From positions 1-64,000 of the IMG/VR virus record IMGVR_UViG_3300009095_000015: DNA of 64,000 nucleotides, one strand, 5' to 3'. Position numbers and translations under genes: made by a program. Within the stretch, counting starts at the first letter, position 1. The number at the start of each line of letters is the position of its first letter. Under the pieces are notes generated by a model. That model was not told the DNA's origin. It saw only the letters and a program-made list of their open reading frames with translations, and did not search any database. This DNA is from a virus (lineage: Duplodnaviria; Caudoviricetes). Positions 55,428-64,000 of the stretch are shown here, one piece after another.

Positions 55428-58400
55428 TATCTACTCCGACCCTTAGCAAGCATGCCAATTGGAACGCTACTGCCAGACCCACCGCCACCAGAACCTAACC
55501 TCCCCCCGCCGCCCGAATAAAGTTTCGAAACAGCAAGCGCAGCTGGTCTAGCAATTGTGGTATCTTCGTGTGCAGCAAGCAACATAGCTTGATACTCTTC
55601 GACTTGTAGGCCCCAAAGGCAAAGGCATACTGCCCGCCACAAGTCATCAGTGTACCCGTCTCCTTTATTCACAGTTTTTAGCGCGTCCTTGACTGTGAAC
55701 ATTTGCTTGTACAGGTGTGCAATAGGTTTGCCATCGTAAAAATCACGATAGTCAGAGTCTTTAGCCTCAAGCAACTCGGCCACGTTCATTTCAGAACGCG
55801 GTGTGACGATAACACCTTGCTCCATCCGCGTTTTAATGCCAACAAAATCAACGTATTTCAAGCTGTATTGTTTGGCAACGAACGAAAGCGTACCATCCGG
55901 CATTTCCTGAACATCCATATCCAGCGAGGCATCGTCAAGTAGCTTCAAGCTGTTCCACCGGTCAGCTAGCAAAACCTTGACGTTACGCGCCTTCAGGATG
56001 GGCAGAATTACTTCGGAATAAACGAGGCTGTGGTTAATGCGGTATCCGGGGCGAGGAATGACTTCAGCAGCGAAGTCTAGCTTTAAATTAAAGCCGTCCG
56101 TCGTCCCGCCCGCGATAGCAAACGAGTTATCAACTGCACCAGCGTCAATTGCCACTAGCGATGGTTTACCAGACTTCTTAACCTTTACGTCACCATACAT
56201 GTAAGACTGCCCTTGAGTCTTACTGGTCTTGAAAACGGGTTCGATGTGTACCGGGTTCTTTTTCGTTCCTTCACAAGCCATGATTGCTTTGTGGCTTGTA
56301 AGGAATGGGTTAGAGACCATTGGTGGGTTTGCGCCGAAGTTTTTATCGGCAGATACAGGGTCTTTCCGGTACTGTTCGGTAATGAACTTGGAATTGCGCT
56401 TGAAGTTCGGGTTCACTTCCCATGTGGCGCGGGTTACGCCATACATGGAATTGGACTCACGCGCACGATCAAGCAAAACGTGGATCATGTCACTACGGGC
56501 AACCGGTGACGTTACGTTCATGAAATAAGCAGGATAAACGTCGTTGAAGCCGCGTTCCAACAACTGTTCTGCCGCAGTGCGAACCGTAGCAAGGCTGTTA
56601 GCAAGGGCGTCGTAAATTTCGTAGCCGTTAACCTTTACTTTCGCGCTATCTCGTTCGGCATCGAAATACGCGATTTCATCGATACTGTTTTTGGCGATCA
56701 CTCCGTTCGCCGTAAACATTTCATCCTTAGCATCGACGGAGATATCGTAAACCCACTGGTCTTCGATTGGCGTTACACTGACCACTTCTACCCAAACAAT
56801 GTTAGGGTCGAGACCAGTCCACACTTGCCGGCCGAACCCATCACGGACGTAAATCGATTTGTCCGTGTAAGGAACTTGAAACTCTCGGCCTGTAGTGTAG
56901 TAGTCGCGCTTTCCGATCAAGTGTGTGTAGCTTTTATGATCCTCGCGTTTTGTGAACCCATCGTAATCGTTTTCCAGAAAACGGTTGGTGCTGTCACGGC
57001 TCAGGATAACCTGATACTGTTTACTGGCCCCTTGTTGCGTGCTCTCGTAAATTCGCGAAAAATAGCCGCAGCGCGATAGCAGCATTTGATACTGCTTAGC
57101 CATTTCACGGCTGTTAGTGCTGTAGTAGAGCATTTGGCCGGGGCTGGTGAATCCACCGTCCGTGATATAGCACGCATTCAAGTACGCAACCACACAGCTA
57201 CGTGGCGCTTCTAGAATAGACCATGGGATAGTTTTGTTATTTGCCTCCGAGCCTTTCGTCAATCCAAGGAAACGGAAAAATCCTTTTACTTCCTTCGTCC
57301 CCATGTTGACCCGGTAGTAAGAACACCCGTCATTGTTGGTATAGTTAGCCAGCGACAAATCAACGTTGAAGACGTGCGCCATATACTCAACAAAACGATC
57401 TGCCTTTTCTCGGCTGGTTGTACTGTACGTAAATTCATGATCGTTTTTATAGTTGCCGTCTGCGACCATGCAGCCAATAATATATGCCAGTTCTTCAGTC
57501 ATATACAAAGGTGCATCAAAGGCGTATTTGCGGGTTGCTTGCAAACCCGTACCACGCACTAGGTCTAGACAACGATCCTGCGAAGCAACAACGGTAAAAA
57601 TGTAAGGCTTGCGACAGCCTGTACTTTCTTTGGTTAGTGCACTTCCTGATGCAAGCGCGGCCATGACAGAGTTAATGCCGGCCAGCTTTGGAAGCTTACG
57701 TTTTTCTGCCGCCTCTAGCAGTTCCGCTTTTGTGAATTTCTTCAACTCACACATAAGCCTTACGTACTTGGAACTTGTGGAATCAGCGGGCTTGCCTGTG
57801 TCGTACTGCAATTCAAGTTCAGCAGGGAACTCTCCACCTAACGTAACACCAACAAAACGCCCTACTAGGTCGCGAGCCTTCACCCTAGTAGTTTTCAAGT
57901 TTTCCTTGATCGATAGAACTTTGTGATCGTCAGTTACGTCAAGCTCCATTCCGTTCTTGAGCTTAATGCGGACGACGTTAGTGGCCCACTTGGTTCGCTG
58001 CCAATTCGTAATCTTGCGCTTACTAGAACCTCGGATCGTTTGCATCCCAACCAAATCGGGATCGTCAATTCGAATCAATCCGTAGTTGGTAGAAACGAGA
58101 GTATTCGCCGCGTAGCACGCAAACACACGGGTGCGCCCTCTCATGACACGCTTATCCGGCCCCATTGGGTACGCGGCCAAAGATCGTACGCGATAATCCA
58201 CGTAAGCATCTGAGAGTTTGAAAAGCTTTTCGCCGTAAACGTTTTCGTAGTGCTTCAGCATCGAATGATACTGGTTAAACCACGACGTTTGTGTGAGCGC
58301 CCCGTGAAAGGGAGTCCACAGCGTATCTTTCGCTTGGGTATAAGTAAGGGCCGCAAAAGTGCCTTGCAGCATTGTGGTACGCGAAAGCCCGTAGAATTGT

Positions 58401-59722
58401 GGCGGACGTTGCAGCTTCAGCAGCCGGTGCATGTAGTACGGCATCAGGTAGGTGCCAACTGTGTGCGATTTACCGCTGTTGTGATTCAAAAAGCCGTTAG
58501 CGATGAACGAATGCGTTTCCGGGACACGGAAGTCGAAGGTTTCATACATGCCCGCAGCTGTTACGGACTTCACTTTATCCGCAATTACACCGGTCGAAGG
58601 CCGCTGCCAATCGAAATTTTCCCATTCCTCTTCAGAGAAGCGAATCACGGGGCCGTCGATGCTATGAGGATACCCAGCATTCAGCAACATCGTACTAACG
58701 TCGCGAAGTGCTTGCGTGGCGGTGAAAGCGTGCACAGGGCCGCCGTGGAAGATACCGCGCAAAAACGCGTAAGTCGATTGTTCGTTCAAGACGCGGAATC
58801 GCGTGGGGACTTCACCTTCGTTGAAGGCGCGACCGCGCATGCGAGCATCGTCAAGCTTCATAGCACGGAAGCTGAAAATGCGCTGGCCGTAATGGATGTT
58901 AAGGTTGGTGCCATCTTGCATTTCACCGAGTTTTACGAAGCCGTGCTCCGTAAAGATCGGATGCTCTGGTGTACCGATAACACAAAAACCGCGCTCAGTT
59001 TGCAGCTTCAAAACTGCTTCTGGCGCGGCCCGGAAAATATGTGAGGTAAACTCCATTTCTTTGGAGTTGTGGATTTGCGTGTAGAACTCAGAGAATCCCA
59101 AAGGCGCAGTTGGCGGGCAAATCTCACCCATGCGCAGCAGGCCGTTGCTTGTGATAACCAAGGTCTCACCAACAACACACCGCTGTCCAGCGTTCACTGC
59201 CAGCTCGTTGATGAATCGCATTTTGCCATTTTTGATGGCTTTGCCGCGAGTCATCTTGCAGTTCGGGCAGACACCGTTCTCAAAGAATGCGACTTTACGC
59301 TCGGCTTTTGCGTAGGAGTCATCTACTTTGTGCTTGTCGAAAAGCCACTCCAAGTCACTGCACCGTGGGCAGTATTCGTTGAATGTGATAATGCCCCAAA
59401 GCAATTGCTCTAGGAACGGGCGCTCGTCACCGATGGTCCCATATTTGTCTTGTGTTACCCAGCTGTAGAAGTTCGGCGCCAGTGGAATATCACCGTCGTC
59501 AATCTTCATGTCCTTCGGTACTACGATCTTGCTATCCACCAGCTCACGAATTTGCCGGCAAATATCAATCTCGCTGTCTACGGACGCGGCAGCTACGATA
59601 GAAGAGGCTGCCGATTTCCCGATGTTCGCAATGTCATCGTGAGTGTTCTTAAATCCGGTCTCTTTCAAAGAGAGAAGGTAATCAAACGGAGACTGCCCTT
59701 CTGTTGGTTTTAGCAACTTCAT
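55427..59722 (-). CDS. terL: Terminase large subunit containing two inteins (spliced product ~720 aa)
   Basis: Removing the inteins restores Walker A GQRSGKS and Walker B FASIDE; RNase H-like nuclease motifs AIDAG..DNSFA and TDD. Confidence 0.92.
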   Translation of the reverse strand: MKLLKPTEGQSPFDYLLSLKETGFKNTHDDIANIGKSAASSIVAAASVDSEIDICRQIRELVDSKIVVPKDMKIDDGDIPLAPNFYSWVTQDKYGTIGDERPFLEQLLWGIITFNEYCPRCSDLEWLFDKHKVDDSYAKAERKVAFFENGVCPNCKMTRGKAIKNGKMRFINELAVNAGQRCVVGETLVITSNGLLRMGEICPPTAPLGFSEFYTQIHNSKEMEFTSHIFRAAPEAVLKLQTERGFCVIGTPEHPIFTEHGFVKLGEMQDGTNLNIHYGQRIFSFRAMKLDDARMRGRAFNEGEVPTRFRVLNEQSTYAFLRGIFHGGPVHAFTATQALRDVSTMLLNAGYPHSIDGPVIRFSEEEWENFDWQRPSTGVIADKVKSVTAAGMYETFDFRVPETHSFIANGFLNHNSGKSHTVGTYLMPYYMHRLLKLQRPPQFYGLSRTTMLQGTFAALTYTQAKDTLWTPFHGALTQTSWFNQYHSMLKHYENVYGEKLFKLSDAYVDYRVRSLAAYPMGPDKRVMRGRTRVFACYAANTLVSTNYGLIRIDDPDLVGMQTIRGSSKRKITNWQRTKWATNVVRIKLKNGMELDVTDDHKVLSIKENLKTTRVKARDLVGRFVGVTLGGEFPAELELQYDTGKPADSTSSKYVRLMCELKKFTKAELLEAAEKRKLPKLAGINSVMAALASGSALTKESTGCRKPYIFTVVASQDRCLDLVRGTGLQATRKYAFDAPLYMTEELAYIIGCMVADGNYKNDHEFTYSTTSREKADRFVEYMAHVFNVDLSLANYTNNDGCSYYRVNMGTKEVKGFFRFLGLTKGSEANNKTIPWSILEAPRSCVVAYLNACYITDGGFTSPGQMLYYSTNSREMAKQYQMLLSRCGYFSRIYESTQQGASKQYQVILSRDSTNRFLENDYDGFTKREDHKSYTHLIGKRDYYTTGREFQVPYTDKSIYVRDGFGRQVWTGLDPNIVWVEVVSVTPIEDQWVYDISVDAKDEMFTANGVIAKNSIDEIAYFDAERDSAKVKVNGYEIYDALANSLATVRTAAEQLLERGFNDVYPAYFMNVTSPVARSDMIHVLLDRARESNSMYGVTRATWEVNPNFKRNSKFITEQYRKDPVSADKNFGANPPMVSNPFLTSHKAIMACEGTKKNPVHIEPVFKTSKTQGQSYMYGDVKVKKSGKPSLVAIDAGAVDNSFAIAGGTTDGFNLKLDFAAEVIPRPGYRINHSLVYSEVILPILKARNVKVLLADRWNSLKLLDDASLDMDVQEMPDGTLSFVAKQYSLKYVDFVGIKTRMEQGVIVTPRSEMNVAELLEAKDSDYRDFYDGKPIAHLYKQMFTVKDALKTVNKGDGYTDDLWRAVCLCLWGLQVEEYQAMLLAAHEDTTIARPAALAVSKLYSGGGGRLGSGGGGSGSSVPIGMLAKGRSR
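56687..58117 (-). mobile_element. Intein 2 (477 aa) with LAGLIDADG homing endonuclease
   Basis: Starts CYAANT, ends TANGVIAKN|S; block B TDDH; LAYIIGCMVADG and VAYLNACYITDG. Confidence 0.9.
58478..59179 (-). mobile_element. Intein 1 (234 aa) with degenerate endonuclease
   Basis: Starts CVVGET, block B GTPEHP, ends FIANGFLNHN|S; only an AFLRGIFHGG remnant of the endonuclease. Confidence 0.9.
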
Positions 59723-60542
59723 TATTCATGAACCTCGATCTACGAATACCCATAGTCGTCGTCGGCGCTTCTTCCATGCCGGTTTCTTTTTTAACACGGG
59801 CGTGGAACAGGTTGGATGAAGCATCCATCATGCGGCGCGCCCGCTCACCGTTATCGTGAGTAGCCATAGCCTTGACGGTTTCATGGGCAAGCAAGTTCGT
59901 GACTTGCTTGAGATACTTTTCTTTGTATTGCGCGGGCATGTGCATCTTTTCAACAACATCGCACAGTTGTTGAAGTCGAGAGACGTGCGTAAATGCGCTA
60001 TAGATGGCTTTGTCGGGTTCGATATCGACGTTAACCCCATCGCGCAGGGCGGCCTCTACGTAGGTTGATGCAGAATCCAGAGCGTGCAGAACGGAAGCCG
60101 CATTATACAGACTATCTTGAAATGATCCTTTATGTTCGGAACGGGCTTCGTTAAATAGGGCGAGTTCTGAATCTGGAACAATTACTTCGTTACGCGCCAG
60201 CGGAAGCTCGTGGTTGCCTGAGTAGTTAACACCTTCCAACTCAAAGCCTTGAGGCTCGTCGTCAGGCAATTCCATTTCGATGGTTTCACCGGACAAGTGC
60301 CAAATAGGCTCGGCAGGGTCGCCCAAATAAATGCCCGGATCGGGCGGGACGTAGCTGTGTTTGACGTAAACGTAAGTAGCGCCCGTAGGCGCTACTCCGT
60401 CAGTTCCAAAAACATCACCGGCAATACGTTCGATTTTCTCCCTAGCTGAGAGCTGGTGGCCCATCGTCAGTATCGTGAAGTTGTTTTGACTTCTTTTTCT
60501 TTCTTTTTGGCGTCTCGTCGCCTTTTTCTTCGTCGTCTTCAT
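59682..60542 (-). CDS. Hypothetical protein upstream of terL (small terminase not excluded); true start probably later than 60542
   Basis: The first ~33 codons overlap the helicase 3' end; the remainder is a helical protein. Confidence 0.5.
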   Translation of the reverse strand: MKTTKKKATRRQKERKRSQNNFTILTMGHQLSAREKIERIAGDVFGTDGVAPTGATYVYVKHSYVPPDPGIYLGDPAEPIWHLSGETIEMELPDDEPQGFELEGVNYSGNHELPLARNEVIVPDSELALFNEARSEHKGSFQDSLYNAASVLHALDSASTYVEAALRDGVNVDIEPDKAIYSAFTHVSRLQQLCDVVEKMHMPAQYKEKYLKQVTNLLAHETVKAMATHDNGERARRMMDASSNLFHARVKKETGMEEAPTTTMGIRRSRFMNNEVAKTNRRAVSV

Positions 60543-61824
60543 AGGCCAGCGTATTCTCCGATTCCCCGATGTTAGAGGCCGTCATAACATCATAACGTTC
60601 CTCCAGTTCGAAGGAATACAATTCCGCGTCACGGTCCTTGGCAACTACAACAGGCAGAATGCGCAGTTCACGCTGCTCAGGCTTGGTGTAGTTCCACTGC
60701 CACAAAACGTCGGCGTGTTCTTTCATACCGCGAGAATAACGCAGCTTATCGCTGTCATCATCCAACTGCGCAAGCAGAATGACAAGGGCGCCCGTTTCAC
60801 GCGAATAGTTTTTCGCAACGCGGGCGGCATCCATCAGTGCCCTCCACTGATCCTTGCCCTCGTCGTCCAGCAGACCCACGTAGTCAACCACCAACACTTT
60901 GTATCCGAAGGGCTTCGCCATGCGGATGGTGCTATCCATCGTCATGTTAGCTTTCGGGCTGAACGTCGTGTAGTTAATGCCGTGCTTTTTGCCGTGTGCC
61001 CGGAACTCGTTGTATTTCTTTTTAATCAGCGCCTTGTCGGTGACTGTGAGCTTTGCTTGCGTGAACTTTTTCAGCGGAATCTTCGTCAAGTGCGAGAGAA
61101 GGCGCTGTGTTTCTTGCAAGTCTTGCATTTCCAGAGTCACACGGAATGTACTAAGGTTGTTTTCCATGTACATGTAGCGACAGATGTTCATGGCCAACGT
61201 CGATTTACCACCGGACGTTGTTGCCGCCAGAATCACCACGCCGCTTTCAGGGAAACCACCCGAGCGCTCGTCGTAGTCCCGGAACCCTGTTTTGATTCGC
61301 GGGATAACTTCGTTATTCAGAATCGAATCTACAACTGCCTCTGAAGTGTCGTTCGCACCGAAGTGCAGGAAAAACTCTTCCTCGCCGGATGTTGAATTGA
61401 CGCGGGATAGCGCGCCGGACAGACTGGAAACCAAAGCCTCCATATCCACCGCTGATTCTTCCATCTTATCTAAGACGTTGGCAGCCGCAAAATACAGCAG
61501 GCGCAGCTTACGATAATGGCTAAGAGTTTCGAGGGTTTCACGCCAAGCCTTGCTGTTGCGACAGGGTTTTTCCCTTGTCGTTTTCAGCATTGCCCGCATG
61601 TCTTCGTCTAGGGTCGGGTCTTCTAGCAGACTTTTAAAGCTGACGATCGTGAAACGTTTTCTCGCCAATTTGTCTACGCGTTCGAAAATGCGTTTGTAAA
61701 TCGGCGAGTGAAACATTTCCGCATTCAGCTTGCCCAACCATAGCGTTCGCTTATCTTCTTTGATTCGTTCGTTGGTGATGGACAACAACGCACGAAGTTC
61801 TGCGGAATCGCTATGTAACTGCAT
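60442..61824 (-). CDS. DnaB-like (SF4) replicative helicase
   Basis: Walker A AATTSGGKS, LEM, VVDYVGLL, LLAQL, K.RD arginine finger. Confidence 0.88.
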   Translation of the reverse strand: MQLHSDSAELRALLSITNERIKEDKRTLWLGKLNAEMFHSPIYKRIFERVDKLARKRFTIVSFKSLLEDPTLDEDMRAMLKTTREKPCRNSKAWRETLETLSHYRKLRLLYFAAANVLDKMEESAVDMEALVSSLSGALSRVNSTSGEEEFFLHFGANDTSEAVVDSILNNEVIPRIKTGFRDYDERSGGFPESGVVILAATTSGGKSTLAMNICRYMYMENNLSTFRVTLEMQDLQETQRLLSHLTKIPLKKFTQAKLTVTDKALIKKKYNEFRAHGKKHGINYTTFSPKANMTMDSTIRMAKPFGYKVLVVDYVGLLDDEGKDQWRALMDAARVAKNYSRETGALVILLAQLDDDSDKLRYSRGMKEHADVLWQWNYTKPEQRELRILPVVVAKDRDAELYSFELEERYDVMTASNIGESENTLAYEDDEEKGDETPKRKKKKSKQLHDTDDGPPALS

Positions 61825-61834
61825 ACAGGCTCAC

Positions 61835-62218
61835 TTATGCGATGTTCGCAACGTATTTTTGATAACGTCTCCAGAAGCGTTGCTTTCGCGCAATCGCATT
61901 CACGTGGACACGGCCCTCAGCGTCATCCTTGACGTTACACGTACCGACCACGCCCAAGATGCGAAGTGAGGCCAAGGCATCGTTGAACTCAGCGGCGCTT
62001 ACGTTCGGAGCAAGGCGCTGTATTTTGGTCAGCAGTCGCGCGTTGGTTTGGTTGTGCCCTTCGGAAATGCTATCGAATAACGCTTTGATGAGAGAGCGCT
62101 TGAAGTCCGTGCTCGAATCGGTTTTCCAGATGCCGAGCGCCTGCTTATCGAGAGCGGCAAGCTCAGCAGTGTTATTTTCAGCAAGCATCATACGTACCCC
62201 AGTGCTGGCCGTAGGCAT
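61835..62218 (-). CDS. Hypothetical protein, possibly winged-helix
   Basis: 127 aa; AEFNDALASLRILGVV helix pattern. Confidence 0.5.
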   Translation of the reverse strand: MPTASTGVRMMLAENNTAELAALDKQALGIWKTDSSTDFKRSLIKALFDSISEGHNQTNARLLTKIQRLAPNVSAAEFNDALASLRILGVVGTCNVKDDAEGRVHVNAIARKQRFWRRYQKYVANIA

Positions 62219-63285
62219 TTGGCAATGTAGCTAATAAATTTTTCGAATTCTTTTCGCATCAGGCCGACATACTCAGCGACAGCCTCGAAGAAAGTCTTAC
62301 GGCTTACGCGGTTGGCAAAATCATGCTGATCCTGACCGGGCTTGATCTTGCCCATGCGCTCAAGGTGCAGGCAGAATCCGCGACTTTCGTAACCGGAAAG
62401 AAGCTGCAATGCTTTACGGCGACGGCCGTTGAACCGCGAGATAAAGCGGTCGAAAGACAGCTGTTCGAAACTGCGCTCGTGTGCCTCAGAAGAAATCGGG
62501 TTGCCGATATCCTCATAACTGAATTCCATATCCGGCAAGACGCGGGTTTGGTTTTCAGATTCGCACTTCAGCGAGAACTTGGAACCGCCGAAACCGTCAG
62601 AGCCGTCGTTGTGCATGCGTCGGCGCTTGACCGTCGTGTAAGACTCAATCATGTTCAGCGCATGCGTTGTGCACGAAGCGCGAAGACGGTTTGTAACGTG
62701 AGCTTCAGCCATCTTGGTCGGGATCATGCGGTGATAAACGCACAACGCCTTGCACAGAATTTCGCCGTAGAAATCGTGACGTTCGATGTTTTCAGCCTTG
62801 AGCAAGAAAGTCAGCTTTTTACTAACCTTATTCTTGATGTGAGGGTTTATCTTGGCGAGGTATTCCTGAAAGCGGGCCTTGTCCTTACGCATAGCACTGG
62901 GCACAACATCAGCGCGTGTCAGCTCCCATTCGGCAGCCGCATCGCGTATAGCAGCACGCTTTGCTCGCGACCCCATGAATTGCAGCACAGCGTCACAGTC
63001 TTCGGCGTCCAGCAATTCGCGCACATAGGCTTCAGCGCGCTTCAGCGGGTACAACGCACAGCACAGCACGGCGTACTTGATGTTAACCGTCAGATACTCG
63101 CTTTCGAGAAGAGTCAGACGGAAATCCTTTGCGCTGAGGCCGGCAGTTTCCAAGTTGGCATTCTTGGCGTTCCGCTGAAACTGGTACGCGTTGGTTACGT
63201 TAGAGAGGTAGAAAATCGATTCAGTTAGAATCTGCTCAACATTCGCGGCTCTGAAATCGAAACTACGGATATGAGAAACGAGCAT
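62188..63285 (-). CDS. Hypothetical protein, candidate divergent sigma-factor-like
   Basis: Weak region-2-like segment (HDFYGEILCKAL...HALNMI...KRR) and region-4-start-like segment (FISRFNGRRRKALQL). Confidence 0.4.
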   Translation of the reverse strand: MLVSHIRSFDFRAANVEQILTESIFYLSNVTNAYQFQRNAKNANLETAGLSAKDFRLTLLESEYLTVNIKYAVLCCALYPLKRAEAYVRELLDAEDCDAVLQFMGSRAKRAAIRDAAAEWELTRADVVPSAMRKDKARFQEYLAKINPHIKNKVSKKLTFLLKAENIERHDFYGEILCKALCVYHRMIPTKMAEAHVTNRLRASCTTHALNMIESYTTVKRRRMHNDGSDGFGGSKFSLKCESENQTRVLPDMEFSYEDIGNPISSEAHERSFEQLSFDRFISRFNGRRRKALQLLSGYESRGFCLHLERMGKIKPGQDQHDFANRVSRKTFFEAVAEYVGLMRKEFEKFISYIAKCLRPALGYV

Positions 63286-63290
63286 TGTTC

Positions 63291-64000
63291 TTAACCCTGC
63301 AAACGAATGGTACGGGAGGATGACTTGGAAACCGGAGCTTCTACTTCTTCTTCATCGTCGAAATCTTCGTCGTAGTAGTCTTCGTCCTCACGATCAACGA
63401 AATCTTCCTCTTCACCGTCACCGAACGTACTGGCCGCCATAGCCACAGCATTGAGCATCTGGTCCGTACCGGGCGCTTTTCGCGTTTTGATCTTGCTGCT
63501 CTTAAACACAGAGTCGATTGTGGTCAATTCTCCAGCTAAACTTTCAGAGGAAATGTTTAGCTCATATTCTTCCTCACAGCGGAAGCGTCGAGACAACAGA
63601 GATTCAACATCAGGGTCGATCAGTTTGCTCTGCGCAACCATCTTTGCGCGCTTGGGTTCGAATTCCTCTTCTGTGTAAAGAGTCGGCATGCGCTCGCGGG
63701 AGTACGTGAGCACGCAACGAAAATCCTTCGACACAAGCTTAACGATATCCTTGGAAGCAACCATTACATAGGCTTCCATGAAATTCGACAGGTAATCAGA
63801 ACCCGCCAAACCGCGATACCGCACATAAACCCGCTGCATGAATCGCATCCCCATACGTCGCGTGCGGCTGGCCCCTGCAAAAAGCAAACTGAAAATCTTC
63901 AGGCCGCGATCATCCATATTGTTGATGATGTTCGCAACCAGATCGAGGTTCGTAGCGTCCCCACGCAAGTCCTCGACAACAGGGATAAATTTCGGGCAAG
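63291..64000 (-). CDS. Hypothetical protein with acidic C-terminus, probably 5'-truncated by the window
   Basis: Frame is open from the track's TTG (63968) to the window edge. Confidence 0.6.
   Translation of the reverse strand, partial: CPKFIPVVEDLRGDATNLDLVANIINNMDDRGLKIFSLLFAGASRTRRMGMRFMQRVYVRYRGLAGSDYLSNFMEAYVMVASKDIVKLVSKDFRCVLTYSRERMPTLYTEEEFEPKRAKMVAQSKLIDPDVESLLSRRFRCEEEYELNISSESLAGELTTIDSVFKSSKIKTRKAPGTDQMLNAVAMAASTFGDGEEEDFVDREDEDYYDEDFDDEEEVEAPVSKSSSRTIRLQG

Noticed and set aside
60442-60542. Apparent 100-nt overlap between the helicase and the next gene as an overlapping-gene phenomenon
   Set aside because: More simply explained by the ORF caller choosing the first ATG; the real start is probably downstream, near the helicase stop
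1-64000. Stop-codon reassignment (as in some jumbo phages)
   Set aside because: Standard-code ORFs tile the minus strand densely, with conserved genes full length; TAG and TGA both end genes at sensible boundaries
1-64000. tRNA genes, rRNA, CRISPR arrays, IS elements, self-splicing introns
   Set aside because: None recognised: intergenic gaps are short, there are no repeat-spacer arrays, and conserved genes are uninterrupted apart from the two inteins; tRNAscan/Infernal not run

Overview
This is a 64 kb segment of a large lytic dsDNA myovirus (jumbo-phage-like). Essentially every real gene is on the minus strand under the standard genetic code. The host is probably a proteobacterium, because the dCTP deaminase looks Pseudomonas-like (inference). 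Reading along the coding strand from the right end, the window holds: a candidate sigma-like protein and a DnaB-like helicase; a terminase large subunit carrying two inteins, one in Walker A and one just before Walker B; KTSC and GNAT genes, the portal, a gp5-like spike and small fibre genes; a SprT protease, an MmcB nuclease, thymidylate kinase and a type IB topoisomerase; an ~18 kb cassette (27994-45551) next to the scaffold, decoration and major capsid genes; T4-like tail sheath, tube and baseplate genes; and an accessory region (dcd, dUTPase, phosphatases, membrane proteins). The most striking unexplained signal is in the 18 kb cassette. Many otherwise unrelated proteins there start with the same 7-8 aa peptide (MKVNIALA and variants), encoded with different synonymous codons. 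A matching [hydrophobic]-A/S-x-A-S motif recurs through the scaffold, the capsid propeptide and the portal N-terminus. This suggests a T4-CTS-like capsid-targeting and maturation-cleavage system that loads a topoisomerase IB, several ADP-ribosyltransferase-like proteins and a four-member paralogue family into the virion. All product calls come from motif recognition and synteny by eye; no database searches were run.
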